Below are positions 35,074 to 44,720 of a DNA stretch of 64,000 nucleotides, piece by piece. Source of the stretch: Candidatus Omnitrophota bacterium (GTDB taxonomy: Bacteria > Omnitrophota > Gorgyraeia > Gygaellales > Profunditerraquicolaceae). The translations under genes were made by a program, and so were the position numbers. The stretch is from the NCBI GenBank assembly GCA_041650495.1, contig JBAZLB010000004.1:39281-103280 (forward strand), in the 5' to 3' direction. The notes under the pieces are model-generated. The model worked only from the letters and a program-made list of their open reading frames with translations, did not search any database and was not told the DNA's origin. Position 1 is the stretch's first letter. Every line of letters starts with the position of its first letter.

Positions 35074-37262
35074 CGATAAATATTATTTTCGGCAATGGTC
35101 TTCCTCATATTCTCCATACGTTTTTTCTTTTCATCCGGGGGCATTTCAACGGATACATTTATAGCATCGGCAAATTCTTCGATTGCATAAGGATTGAACT
35201 GGACCGCATCAGTCAATTCCCGGGCGGCGCCTGTAAACTGGCTTAAAATAAGCACGCCGGATAGATCTTTTTTTGTAGCCACGTATTCTTTAGCAACAAG
35301 ATTCATCCCGTCATCCAGAGAGCTAACCAGACAAAAATCAGCCATTTTGTAAAAAGGGATAATCTCATCGGCAGAAAAATGCTTCTTAAGATAAATGATC
35401 GGTTTCCAGCTCCCGTCCATATGTTTCCAGTTTTTCTTTTCAATCAGCTCATCGATCTCTGCCATAAGGTCGTGGTAACGCTTAATATGGACACGGCTGG
35501 GCGCGGCCATCTGGATAAAAACTACTTTTTTCTTATAGTGGGGGTATTTTTCAAAAAATCTGTCAATGGCAAGCACCCGTTCAATAATGCCTTTTGTATA
35601 ATCAATCCTATCCACCCCAACGCCGATAATCTTGTCTTCTAATTCAAATTCGGTTTTAATCTTCGCTATCTGCTTGTCCAAATCCGGCATCCCAGCTTCC
35701 TTATTCATATATCCGTTAACGCTGATAGGGAATGCCCTGATAAAAGTTTCCTTATTTAACCTGACAACGCTGAATTTTTCCGTGTCTACCCTTGACTCAA
35801 GGAGCCTGTTTGCCGTATCCAAGAAGTTATTGCAGTGGTTCTGCACATGAAATCCCACCAAGTCACAACCAAGCATTCCGTCTAAGATTTCTTTGCGGTA
35901 AGGGCATATGGAAAATGACTCTGGGGTCGGCCAGGGGATATGCCAGAATAAAGCGATAGTGGCATCAGGTCTTTTTTCTTTAATTATCCTGGCTAAGAGC
36001 GTAAAGTGGTAATCCTGAATAAACACAAAAGGGTCCTTAACAGGCAATTCCTCTAACAGGCTATCAGCAAACTTTTGGTTTACTTTTTTGTAGACATTCC
36101 AATCCGCTTCTCTAAAAATAGGACGCGTATGCGTATTGTGACAAAGCGGCCACAGCCCTTCATTGGAAAAACCGTAATAGTAACCATCCTCCTCTTCCTT
36201 ATTCAGCCATACTCTCTTTAAAATATAGCGGTTATCTTCTGGCGGGACACCAAGCTTATTTTTTGAATTTACAAATTTTCTGTCTGCATTACCGGCGCCA
36301 TGGGCTATCCATGTCCCTCCGCAGGCGCATAGAATCGGATGTATAGCAGTGACAACACCGCTTGCCGGTCTTATACACTTAGTTATCCCCGTGACCTCGT
36401 CTATAACATGCATATACGGTTCCCGGTTCGAAACTACAAATAATGCGTTCTCGCCCAACTTTGCATTAACGAGGTCTCTTAATTTTACTTCTGTCCATGT
36501 CTCTTCTTTTTGCAGCCGCGCAGACGCTTCATCAGAAATTGTCCTGCGGGCGACCCTAAGGCTCAATGCCACCTGTTCTACTTCGCTAGCAAGTTTACCA
36601 AGTTCTCCCCTTTCTTTGATCGGATGGAAATCATCGGTTTCTCCTCTTTGAAAATGTTCAAACCAGGCTGTCAAACGCTGCAGGGGAATAGCAAATATCT
36701 GCTGATGCAGAAAAATTGCTATAATAAAGATTATTATCACCAGGACTATGAGCGTTGCACTGATTCTCTTCCATAGCTCTGTCAATCGGGTAAATACGTA
36801 AGAAGTATCATATACAACTTCGACTAATCCCAAAACCTGCCCTTCGTCGTCTGTTATGGGGAGGATATAGCTATAAACGGTATAACCTTTAAATTTCTCC
36901 AGTTCACCTCTGGGGGTCTTGTTTAACAACAAATCTTTCAGATAAGGCTTCTCTTTTTCTTTCCAGTCATTGAAACGTTTAGTAATGGCCATGATGTTTC
37001 CGTCTTTATCGTATAAAACACATCCCTGCAGCCTTTCCCGTGTCTCGAATTTTTCGGCAAGGTAATTGGCATTTCTCATGTCTTTTGCAAAGAAGATACC
37101 CTTCGCCGATAACTCCATGCTTTCTGCGATGTGTTTGGATTTACGCTTCAAATCATCGATGAGCCTCTCTTCTTCAAAGCGGACTTGGAAGTAGCCAAAA
37201 AGGGTAAAGGCCGCGGCAACAACGATGAGGATAGGTAAAATAAATAACAAAATGCGCCTCAT
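35025..37262 (-). CDS. otsA: Membrane sensor-HAMP domain fused to trehalose-6-phosphate synthase (GT20)
   Basis: 745 aa. TM1 (res 5-25), ~140-aa extracytoplasmic region, TM2 (LIVLVIIIFIIAIFL), HAMP-like segment (IPLQRLTAWFEHFQRGETDDF...LASEVEQVALSL), then the OtsA core (NEGLWPLCHNTHTRP, ...ILSQFTGAA...). Confidence 0.75.
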   Translation of the reverse strand: MRRILLFILPILIVVAAAFTLFGYFQVRFEEERLIDDLKRKSKHIAESMELSAKGIFFAKDMRNANYLAEKFETRERLQGCVLYDKDGNIMAITKRFNDWKEKEKPYLKDLLLNKTPRGELEKFKGYTVYSYILPITDDEGQVLGLVEVVYDTSYVFTRLTELWKRISATLIVLVIIIFIIAIFLHQQIFAIPLQRLTAWFEHFQRGETDDFHPIKERGELGKLASEVEQVALSLRVARRTISDEASARLQKEETWTEVKLRDLVNAKLGENALFVVSNREPYMHVIDEVTGITKCIRPASGVVTAIHPILCACGGTWIAHGAGNADRKFVNSKNKLGVPPEDNRYILKRVWLNKEEEDGYYYGFSNEGLWPLCHNTHTRPIFREADWNVYKKVNQKFADSLLEELPVKDPFVFIQDYHFTLLARIIKEKRPDATIALFWHIPWPTPESFSICPYRKEILDGMLGCDLVGFHVQNHCNNFLDTANRLLESRVDTEKFSVVRLNKETFIRAFPISVNGYMNKEAGMPDLDKQIAKIKTEFELEDKIIGVGVDRIDYTKGIIERVLAIDRFFEKYPHYKKKVVFIQMAAPSRVHIKRYHDLMAEIDELIEKKNWKHMDGSWKPIIYLKKHFSADEIIPFYKMADFCLVSSLDDGMNLVAKEYVATKKDLSGVLILSQFTGAARELTDAVQFNPYAIEEFADAINVSVEMPPDEKKKRMENMRKTIAENNIYRWAGNIITELTALKKV

Positions 37263-38317
37263 TTTTCACCTCTTTCCTGGCTGTAATTCATAGCCCTGAT
37301 AGGATAGGGGATAACAATCCCTTCCTTTTTATAGCGCTCCTGAAGCCTCTTGATAAATTCATGCTTAACCAGGTACTGATCCACAAATTCTTTAGCCCTC
37401 AATATTACGGTAAGATTGATACCAGAATCTCCGAAACTGCCATACCTAATAAAAGGCTCGCATTCTGGCACTCCCCCCGGCACATTGTCCATTACTTCTT
37501 TCGCGACTTCGCAGGTAACTTTTTCCACGCGCTTCAGATCGCTCTTATAATGGACGCTTAAATTAACCAGCACTGCCATTGCCTTATCCGGCAAGTAGTA
37601 GTTAGTAACGGTTGCCTTGGTTAACTTCTCATTAGGCACCAAGATAACATTATTAGGCAGCATCTTTATCTTGGTAGTGCGCCAAGTGATATCCGTAATG
37701 TATCCTTCCTCTCCTGAGTCTAGTCTTACATAATCGCCGATTCTAACTTGTTTGGATATAATAATATGAAATCCCGAGAAAAGATTGGAAAGCGTGTTTT
37801 GTAAAGCTAAGGCAACCGCAATGCCGCCTACTCCTAAAGTAGCCAGTATCGGTGTAATAGAAATTCCTAGGCTGTGCAGGATAATTAAGATCCCGATAAT
37901 GAATACAAGTATCCGGCTAATGTTTTGCGTAAGGGAAGTAACTGGTAAAGCAGCCTCGATTTTACTGGAATATACACTAACTAATTTAGCCGAGATATTA
38001 GCCAAGACAAAGGTAATAGAAAGAACGCCCAGGACAAGCAAGAGTTTATCTATTACATGTACTAGATTTTCCGGCAACCTTGAAAACTCGAGAGCAAAAT
38101 AAATACCCAGCATTAAAAACCAGACTATGAACGGCCCTTTTATTGAATCTATAATAACATCGTCAACTTTGGTCTTGGTATGTTTTGACCAGCGGCTAAG
38201 GCGGGCAAAAACAATCTTTCTTACAATAAACCCGCAGAGCAAGGTTATAAGACATACCCCCAGCGGCACTAAGGTTTTAAATAAATTCTCGATAGAAAGG
38301 ATTGAAATAATATTCAC
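37259..38317 (-). CDS. Small-conductance mechanosensitive channel (MscS family)
   Basis: 352 aa. Three N-terminal TM helices plus the conserved MscS pore/beta region (GIAVALALQNTLSNLFSGFHIIISKQVRIGDYV). Confidence 0.75.
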   Translation of the reverse strand: MNIISILSIENLFKTLVPLGVCLITLLCGFIVRKIVFARLSRWSKHTKTKVDDVIIDSIKGPFIVWFLMLGIYFALEFSRLPENLVHVIDKLLLVLGVLSITFVLANISAKLVSVYSSKIEAALPVTSLTQNISRILVFIIGILIILHSLGISITPILATLGVGGIAVALALQNTLSNLFSGFHIIISKQVRIGDYVRLDSGEEGYITDITWRTTKIKMLPNNVILVPNEKLTKATVTNYYLPDKAMAVLVNLSVHYKSDLKRVEKVTCEVAKEVMDNVPGGVPECEPFIRYGSFGDSGINLTVILRAKEFVDQYLVKHEFIKRLQERYKKEGIVIPYPIRAMNYSQERGEK

Positions 38318-38338
38318 TTTATTGTCCCTTCAGAAATC

Positions 38339-38419
38339 AAAAACCACCACCTGCATTCATATGCAAGATGGCGGCCCGACCATCTTAAAAATAACCTCTG
38401 GAGGCAGCTATCTCCAGAC
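38339..38419 (-). terminator. Conserved two-hairpin element, copy B; terminator downstream of the tRNA-Val/tRNA-Asp unit
   Basis: Same architecture as copy A, with an identical 19-nt core (gatggcggcccgaccatc on the plus strand). The flanking hairpins are conserved in structure with compensatory changes (UCUGGAG/CUCCAGA; CCGCCAUCUUGC/GCAGGUGGUGG), followed by UUUUUGAUUU on the minus strand. Confidence 0.65.
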
Positions 38420-38702
38420 CACTTATTATCTTAATCGTTGCAGATATCATTATACATCAAACAGGCACTTTTACAATCTCCTTGTTATCTTAGATTACAA
38501 GGCGTTTGTTTGTTCCTCATCAACCCTGTTATTCTTTGATATCAAAGGGGGTAAGAACTTATTTTCCGATTATTTTCTATAAAATCTTACGGCCAAATTG
38601 TGGCCGGCCGGGGACCAAAAATATGCTAAGATGCCGCCTATCCCCATGATTATCTACAAACAGGAAATCCCCGAAATTGCTTACGGGGATTAGTGTTATA
38701 TA

Positions 38703-38778
38703 CGGGCCCGACGAGATTTGAACTCGCGGTCTTCAGATCGACAATCTGACGTGCTAAACCAGACTGCACCACGGGCCC
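38703..38778 (-). tRNA. tRNA-Asp (anticodon GTC)
   Basis: Manual cloverleaf: GGGCCCG acceptor stem, D-arm GCAGTCTGGTTTAGC, anticodon stem-loop TCAGA-TTGTCGA-TCTGA (GUC), T-arm GCGAGTTCAAATCTCGT, discriminator G. The 3-prime CCA is not encoded. Confidence 0.85.
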
Positions 38779-38862
38779 GAACAGCAGGATATAGATTTTA
38801 AGCTAAAGTCCTGTTTTTTGCAACAGTTATTTACCCCTAGCTTAAACACTCAAAAATTTCTA

Positions 38863-38937
38863 TGGGCGGTACAGGACTTGAACCTGTAAACCTCCTGAAT
38901 GTAAGTCAGGCGCGCTAACCAATTGCGCCAACCGCCC
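38863..38937 (-). tRNA. tRNA-Val (anticodon TAC)
   Basis: Manual cloverleaf: GGGCGGT acceptor, D-arm GCGCAATTGGTTAGCGC, anticodon stem-loop CCTGA-CTTACAT-TCAGG (UAC), T-arm CAGGTTCAAGTCCTG, discriminator A. CCA is not encoded. Confidence 0.85.
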
Positions 38938-38950
38938 GGAAATATTCTAT

Positions 38951-38979
38951 ATTATATACTCAGCCGGTTCGTAAGTCAA
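38951..38979 (-). promoter_or_regulatory. Sigma70-type promoter for the tRNA-Val/tRNA-Asp operon
   Basis: Minus strand: TTGACT (38979-38974), 17-bp spacer, TATAAT (38956-38951). The predicted TSS is about 7 nt downstream, immediately before tRNA-Val. It lies just after the atpD stop codon. Confidence 0.7.
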
Positions 38980-38980
38980 T

Positions 38981-39601
38981 CTAATGGCTGCGGACAATCT
39001 CCTTGACCCGCATCAGGCGCACAAGATTGCCGCGTTCAAATTCATTCAGTTTCTGGGTAATATAGCGGATGGTATCCTGTATGGAGGGAATAAGTATATA
39101 CTCCAGGGCATTCACCCGGCGGCGGGTGCGTTCAATTTCATAAGAGAGAATATCCAGGGTCTTTACAAGCTGCGCCAGTTTTAAGAGTGATTGTATATAA
39201 TCCCTGGCCTGAGCTACTGCCATATCCAGCTGGGCTGAGGCCTTGAAGAAATCATAGCCCTTTTCTATTTTTATCTTCTGTATGTCAAATACAGGGACCT
39301 TGACATTCATAACCCTTCTGGTATCTACTTTAATGTCGATATCGGAATTGATTTTTGCCAAAGAACCCACAAAATCTACGGATGAACTGCTAACACGAAA
39401 ATAAAGCAGGTCCCGGAAAATCCCCCTGGTGCGTGACATAAAATCCTCTTTGGAATAATGGATATCTTTAACCAGAGACAGGAACCGGCGCATCATCTCT
39501 TCAAGTTTATCCTGCAGGAGTTTATGCCCCCTTTGCGCAAGCAGAAGCCTGCGCCTGAGCCGGAGCAATTCCATCCTGTTGGGATTGACACGCAGTATCA
39601 T
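38981..39601 (-). CDS. atpD: A/V-type ATP synthase subunit D
   Basis: 206 aa, coiled-coil rich, [29 protein letters not shown] is typical of V-type D. It is the last gene of the operon and overlaps atpB by 4 nt. Confidence 0.8.
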   Translation of the reverse strand: MILRVNPNRMELLRLRRRLLLAQRGHKLLQDKLEEMMRRFLSLVKDIHYSKEDFMSRTRGIFRDLLYFRVSSSSVDFVGSLAKINSDIDIKVDTRRVMNVKVPVFDIQKIKIEKGYDFFKASAQLDMAVAQARDYIQSLLKLAQLVKTLDILSYEIERTRRRVNALEYILIPSIQDTIRYITQKLNEFERGNLVRLMRVKEIVRSH

Positions 39602-40974
39602 CGTTTTCCTTCATAATATTTATCCAGGTATTCTTCCCTGATACGCTTCAATTCCTGCCGGGGAATTAAACGTAAAAGCCCCCATCCCGTATCCAGGGTC
39701 TGAATGATAGAGCGCTCCTCGGATTCTTCCTGCCGGACGAATTTATCCTCAAAACCGTCGGCGAATTTTAAATAAAGTTTATCCAAATCCGAGAGGGCTG
39801 CCTCACCCAGGATCACCGCCAGTTCCCTGGATTCTTTGCCTTTAGCATAGCAGGCAAAGAGCTGGTTTAAAACATCGGAGTGGTCCTGGCGGGTCTTGTC
39901 TTTACCAATGCCTTTGTCTTTGAGCCGGGAGAGGCTGGGCAAAACATCTACCGGCGGATATACCCCCTTGCGGTGCAATTCGCGGGAGAGCATAATCTGG
40001 CCTTCGGTAATGTATCCGGTCAAATCCGGTATGGGGTGGGTTTTATCATCCTCAGGCATTGTTAATACCGGCAGGAGGGTAATAGAGCCGCTCTTACCTT
40101 TAATGCGGCCCGCCCTTTCATAAAGGGTAGATAAGTCCGTATAAAGATACCCTGGATAACCCCTGCGGCCGGGAATTTCCTTGCGGGCAGCGGAAACCTC
40201 GCGCAAGGATTCACAATAAAATGCCATATCAATAAGTATGACCAAGACATGCATATCCAAATCAAAAGCCAGGTATTCGGCACAGGTAAGCGCAAGGCGG
40301 GGGGTAGAGATTCTCTCTATCGCAGGGTCATTGGCTAAATTTATGAATAAAACGCTTCTCTCAATGGCGCCGGTATTGCGGAAATCACGCATAAAGAAAT
40401 CCGCCTCTTCAAAGGTAATCCCCATAGCCCCGAAGACAACCGCGAAGCCTTCATCTTTACCCAAAACCTTAGCTTGACGGGCAATCTGGGCGGTGAGTTG
40501 CGCATGCGGCAGGCCCGAGGCAGAAAATATAGGAAGTTTCTGCCCGCGGACCAAAGGGTTCATCCCGTCAATGGTAGAGATGCCGGTTTGAATAAACTCC
40601 GAAGGATATGCCCGGGCGCTGGGATTAATGGGGCTGCCGTTGATATCTATCCGTTTATCGGCGATAACCTGCGCCCCGCCGTCGCGGGGACGGCCTGCGC
40701 CGTTAAAGATACGCCCGATTAAATCCCGTGATACGGATAATTCCTGCGTGCGGCCTAAGAAACGCACCTTGGAATCTGCTATATCCATACCGATAGTCCC
40801 CTCAAACATCTGCACCAGGGCCTTATCTTCATAAACCTCAAGGACCTTCCCCCGGCGGGAATGGCCGTCTGAGAATTCAACTTCCACAAGCTCCGCGTAT
40901 TTAATATTCTCGGTTTTCTCCACTATCACCAGGGGCCCGGAAACCGAAGTAACAGTATGGTATTCTCTAATCAT
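39598..40974 (-). CDS. atpB: A/V-type ATP synthase subunit B (regulatory)
   Basis: 458 aa. The P-loop-like region is degenerate, as in B subunits. The [10 protein letters not shown]...[22 protein letters not shown] block is conserved. Confidence 0.9.
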   Translation of the reverse strand: MIREYHTVTSVSGPLVIVEKTENIKYAELVEVEFSDGHSRRGKVLEVYEDKALVQMFEGTIGMDIADSKVRFLGRTQELSVSRDLIGRIFNGAGRPRDGGAQVIADKRIDINGSPINPSARAYPSEFIQTGISTIDGMNPLVRGQKLPIFSASGLPHAQLTAQIARQAKVLGKDEGFAVVFGAMGITFEEADFFMRDFRNTGAIERSVLFINLANDPAIERISTPRLALTCAEYLAFDLDMHVLVILIDMAFYCESLREVSAARKEIPGRRGYPGYLYTDLSTLYERAGRIKGKSGSITLLPVLTMPEDDKTHPIPDLTGYITEGQIMLSRELHRKGVYPPVDVLPSLSRLKDKGIGKDKTRQDHSDVLNQLFACYAKGKESRELAVILGEAALSDLDKLYLKFADGFEDKFVRQEESEERSIIQTLDTGWGLLRLIPRQELKRIREEYLDKYYEGKR

Positions 40975-42709
40975 ATGCGCTCCTTAACTCTTCTTCTAAC
41001 CTATCGAATTCTCCTGAGGCTTCCTCAGGGATATATTTGACCCGGCTTATCCTTTCCCGCAACGGCATCTTTACGATATCGTCAAACTCCAAGCCCTCTT
41101 TAAGCCTTATTTTAGCGAAGGAATGAAACCCCATGATTATCTTTAACATACGGTATTGCTTGGCCAGAGAGGTATAGGTATCCACTTCATGAAAGGCATT
41201 CTGATGCAGGAAATCCTCACGGATAGATTTGGCAGTCTCTAAAACCAGGCGGTCGTCAAACGAAAGAGACTCCACCCCCACCAGGCGGGCAATTTCCAAT
41301 AACGAAGACTCCTCCTCAAGCAGACGCATTGCCTCCTGCTTTAAAGAAATGAATTCTTCGGCAATATTCTTATTTAAGAACTCTTCCAGGCTGGTGTGGT
41401 AAAGGGAATAGCTCAACAACCAGTTGATGGCCGGGAAATGCCGGGCATTGGCTAATTTATCATCCAGCCCCCAAAAGACCTTGGCTACGCGCAACGTCGC
41501 CTGCACTACCGGATCAGATAAGTCCCCTCCCGGAGGAGAAACCGCCCCCATAATGCTTAATGCGCCCTGACGGTTGTCGCTGCCTAAACAGGTAACTTTT
41601 CCGGAGCGTTCGTAAAATTCCGCCAACCGTGAAGATAAATAGGCAGGGTAGCCTTCCTCCCCCGGCATCTCTTCGAGCCTGCCGGAAATCTCACGCAATG
41701 CCTCTGCCCAACGGGAGGTGGAATCCGCCATCAAGGCAACGGAATAGCCCATATCGCGGAAATACTCAGCAATAGTAATGCCCGTATAGATGGATGCCTC
41801 CCGGGCTGCCACCGGCATATTGGAAGTATTGGCAATGATAACCGTGCGCTCAAGCAGGGGACGGCCGGTGCGCGGGTCCTTCAATTGCGGAAAACTTAAA
41901 AGCAGGTCAGCGCATTCATTGCCTCTTTCTCCGCACGCCACATAAACAATGACCTGCGCGTCAGACCACTTAGCCACCTCATGCATAGTAACCGTCTTGC
42001 CTGCGCCAAAAGGCCCGGGGATACAGGCTGTGCCCCCCTTGGCAATAGGAAAGAAGGTATCAATGACCCTCTGCCCCGTGGTCAACGGCTCATCAGGGGC
42101 GAATTTTTCCTGGATAGGCCTGGCCTTTCTTACTGACCAGCGCTGCGACATAAGAATATCCTTGAATCCCTGGCTTGTCTTGACCCTGGCCACTGCCTCC
42201 CGTATAGTAAAATCACCTGCGCGTATATCCACTACCTCGCCGGTTATCCCGGGGGGGACCATAACCTTGTGTTCAATCAAAGCTGTCTCCTCAACCACTC
42301 CCAGTATATCTCCTGAGACAACTTGCTGACCCATAGAGGCCTTGGGCTTAAAATGCCACTTCTTCAGGGCGTCTAATCCCGCAATATCAATCCCGCGCGG
42401 GATAAAATCACCGCAAGACTGCATAATAACATTCAGGGGGCGTTGTATGCCGTCATAAATAGAATTAATCAAGCCGGGGCCCAATTCCACGCTTAAAGGT
42501 TCGTTAGTCAAATAAACCGGCTCCCCTGGGCCTATGCCAGAGGTCTCTTCATATACCTGTATGTAAGCCAGGTCGTTTTTAAGTTCCACGATTTCACCGA
42601 TTAATTTCTTGGCGGAAACCCGCACCATATCATACATCTTAGCGCCCTTACAGCCGCAGGCGACTACCAAAGGCCCGGATACCTTGATGATCTTAGCTTG
42701 TTTTGTCAT
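40967..42709 (-). CDS. atpA: A/V-type ATP synthase subunit A (catalytic)
   Basis: 580 aa. Walker [31 protein letters not shown], and the non-homologous insert region typical of A subunits. Confidence 0.9.
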   Translation of the reverse strand: MTKQAKIIKVSGPLVVACGCKGAKMYDMVRVSAKKLIGEIVELKNDLAYIQVYEETSGIGPGEPVYLTNEPLSVELGPGLINSIYDGIQRPLNVIMQSCGDFIPRGIDIAGLDALKKWHFKPKASMGQQVVSGDILGVVEETALIEHKVMVPPGITGEVVDIRAGDFTIREAVARVKTSQGFKDILMSQRWSVRKARPIQEKFAPDEPLTTGQRVIDTFFPIAKGGTACIPGPFGAGKTVTMHEVAKWSDAQVIVYVACGERGNECADLLLSFPQLKDPRTGRPLLERTVIIANTSNMPVAAREASIYTGITIAEYFRDMGYSVALMADSTSRWAEALREISGRLEEMPGEEGYPAYLSSRLAEFYERSGKVTCLGSDNRQGALSIMGAVSPPGGDLSDPVVQATLRVAKVFWGLDDKLANARHFPAINWLLSYSLYHTSLEEFLNKNIAEEFISLKQEAMRLLEEESSLLEIARLVGVESLSFDDRLVLETAKSIREDFLHQNAFHEVDTYTSLAKQYRMLKIIMGFHSFAKIRLKEGLEFDDIVKMPLRERISRVKYIPEEASGEFDRLEEELRSAYD

Positions 42710-43038
42710 TATAATGCTCCTGTGGCTCTTATTTGAATGCCCTTAACCATCTTATCCAAAAAATCCGTCCCTCCGTCTTTAGAAAAAGGAATAAAAATCG
42801 GAAGGGGCATTTTTTTATAACTGTTTATCCTCTCTTCCTGCGCCTGGTATATATTATCCTGCACCAGGCATACCCCGGTCTGGTTATTGACTATATCTTC
42901 CAGCGCCTTCTCAAACTGTGGTATTTCCTTGGCGGTATAGACCTTAAAACCCAGGGCAGAAAAACCCAAGACTATATCCTCATCCCCGATAATCGCCAAG
43001 GCATTGCCTACAACAAATCCTTCAGGCATAGACGGCAT
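42709..43038 (-). CDS. atpF: A/V-type ATP synthase subunit F
   Basis: ~109 aa. The start is set at the ATG preceded by AAGGAG (7-nt spacer), internal to the longer track ORF 42709..43065. It lies between atpC and atpA. Confidence 0.7.
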   Translation of the reverse strand: MPSMPEGFVVGNALAIIGDEDIVLGFSALGFKVYTAKEIPQFEKALEDIVNNQTGVCLVQDNIYQAQEERINSYKKMPLPIFIPFSKDGGTDFLDKMVKGIQIRATGAL

Positions 43039-43822
43039 TGATCCGCTCCTTAAGCAGTCCCACATCCAGGTTATTAAGTTTGGCCAATATAGTCATGCGG
43101 ATTAAATTTATCTCATTGGCCCTGGCAAAATAATAAGCCAGCACCGGCTCCGGGCCAAAAGTAAAATACTTAGCGGGCTTAAGGGCCCCTATCAATAAAC
43201 TGCTCATTGCTTTCTCTAAGGCAATGAAGGATTTTTTCTCTACCGCCTGGTTTATACCCCCCCTTAAAACCGAGGCGTAATCCAGGGTCTCATTGCGTTT
43301 ATGCACATATTCCAGCCTATGCATAAAAACCGCTAAGTCCTGGCTGTAAAGCCTAATAAAATCCCCTTTGGGGATGAACCCTGCGCATTGGATAACTTTA
43401 TAAAGTTCATCCAATGGTTCTTTTAAAACATAAAGGCGCAGGAAACTCTTAATATTATGCATGTCTATTACCTGGCTTAAATAGTCTTCCAGAAAGTCAC
43501 TGCGGTAATGCTCTAAGGCGCGTTTTAAACAGGGCAGGTCATTTAATTCCAAAAGCCCCAATAGCCGCTTATCCAAAAGCAGGCTGCCGATGAGGTCCTT
43601 TAAACCGGCTGATTCCTGAGTTAATATCTCTTCCAGGCGGCGGCTGTCCCGGACATGTAAAAGCTCATCGCTATAAAGGCCTGACTCGGCAAAAAGCCTT
43701 AATGCCTCATCCAAAGCGGATTCCACTGCCTCAATAAACACCTCCTGCTTAATCAAAAACCTCTCCAGCGCCCTGATCTTTGCCACGGCAAAGGTATAAT
43801 TTAAAGGCGATATCCCGCTCAT
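43022..43822 (-). CDS. atpC: A/V-type ATP synthase subunit C (d-type central stalk)
   Basis: 266 aa, all-helical, placed between E and F as in the canonical atpHIKECFABD order. Confidence 0.7.
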   Translation of the reverse strand: MSGISPLNYTFAVAKIRALERFLIKQEVFIEAVESALDEALRLFAESGLYSDELLHVRDSRRLEEILTQESAGLKDLIGSLLLDKRLLGLLELNDLPCLKRALEHYRSDFLEDYLSQVIDMHNIKSFLRLYVLKEPLDELYKVIQCAGFIPKGDFIRLYSQDLAVFMHRLEYVHKRNETLDYASVLRGGINQAVEKKSFIALEKAMSSLLIGALKPAKYFTFGPEPVLAYYFARANEINLIRMTILAKLNNLDVGLLKERINAVYA

Positions 43823-44229
43823 TTAAAGAGTATCCCGGCTATTTCGTTTTCGTATTGAAGCCTCAAGCCCGCAAGGTAAAAATCAACCCCCTCAGAAGCC
43901 TCCTGGACTTTGTCCAATGACACTATCTCTTTCTTAATCTTGTTTCTGGCCAGCTGTGGCTTTGCCTTGTCAAAAATAGAGCCGATTATTCCCTGTTTTG
44001 CCTCTAGTATTTTTTTCTTCTGTTTAAGGCGCGCATTGACGACCAACCTCTTCCTTTGGCGTTCTAGCAAGGAATTTTCTTTCTTTAGACTGTCACGGTA
44101 ATAACCTTCTGCCTCAATCCCGGCCTGCTGGATTATCTCCTGGGCCTTAAGCCTCGCCTCTTTTAGTATGCCTTCTTTCCGGGCATCCGCTTCATTCAGG
44201 ATATGCGCTAAAATAGATTCTAGTGACAT
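43819..44229 (-). CDS. atpE: A/V-type ATP synthase subunit E (peripheral stalk)
   Basis: 136 aa, charged coiled-coil N-terminus (EADARKEGILKEARLKAQEII). It is short for subunit E but positionally consistent. Confidence 0.6.
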   Translation of the reverse strand: MSLESILAHILNEADARKEGILKEARLKAQEIIQQAGIEAEGYYRDSLKKENSLLERQRKRLVVNARLKQKKKILEAKQGIIGSIFDKAKPQLARNKIKKEIVSLDKVQEASEGVDFYLAGLRLQYENEIAGILFK

Positions 44230-44233
44230 ATGA

Positions 44234-44707
44234 TTATATCTTTACGCTTAAGAGCAGAAGAAACGCGGCTGCCAGGCCTAATATCGCGTATATCTCCACA
44301 AAAATAGGTAAAACCAGGGCCTTGCCTGCTTCTTCCGGTCTTTTGGCCACGATGTATATAGAGGATACGGAAACCTTGCCCTGCCAAACCGCGGATATGG
44401 ACTCAACCAGGCTGACTACCAGGCATATGGAGAATATCTGCAGGCCCTGATACAGGCTGGGAGACTTGATATCCACCCCTAAAAGGTTCAGTTTATTTAA
44501 CACTAAAAACCCGATGAGAAACCCGTAAAACCCCTGTGTGCCGGACATACCGATAAGCGGTATCATTTTGCCAAACTTCTCCGGATCCTCTGACATTACC
44601 CCGCCGGCAGCCTGGCCTGCCAAGGCTACACCTATAGCCGAACCCACGCCCGATATGGCCATCACTATCGCTGCCCCTGCAACCGCAAAAGCTAAACCCG
44701 CCTCCAT
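44234..44707 (-). CDS. atpK: A/V-type ATP synthase proteolipid subunit K (c-subunit)
   Basis: The start is set at the internal Met (MEAGLAFAVAGAAIVMAISGVG...) preceded by AAGGAGGG, giving ~157 aa with two helical hairpins. This avoids the 89-nt overlap with atpI implied by the longer track ORF. Confidence 0.75.
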   Translation of the reverse strand: MEAGLAFAVAGAAIVMAISGVGSAIGVALAGQAAGGVMSEDPEKFGKMIPLIGMSGTQGFYGFLIGFLVLNKLNLLGVDIKSPSLYQGLQIFSICLVVSLVESISAVWQGKVSVSSIYIVAKRPEEAGKALVLPIFVEIYAILGLAAAFLLLLSVKI

Positions 44708-44720
44708 ATCACCCTCCTTC

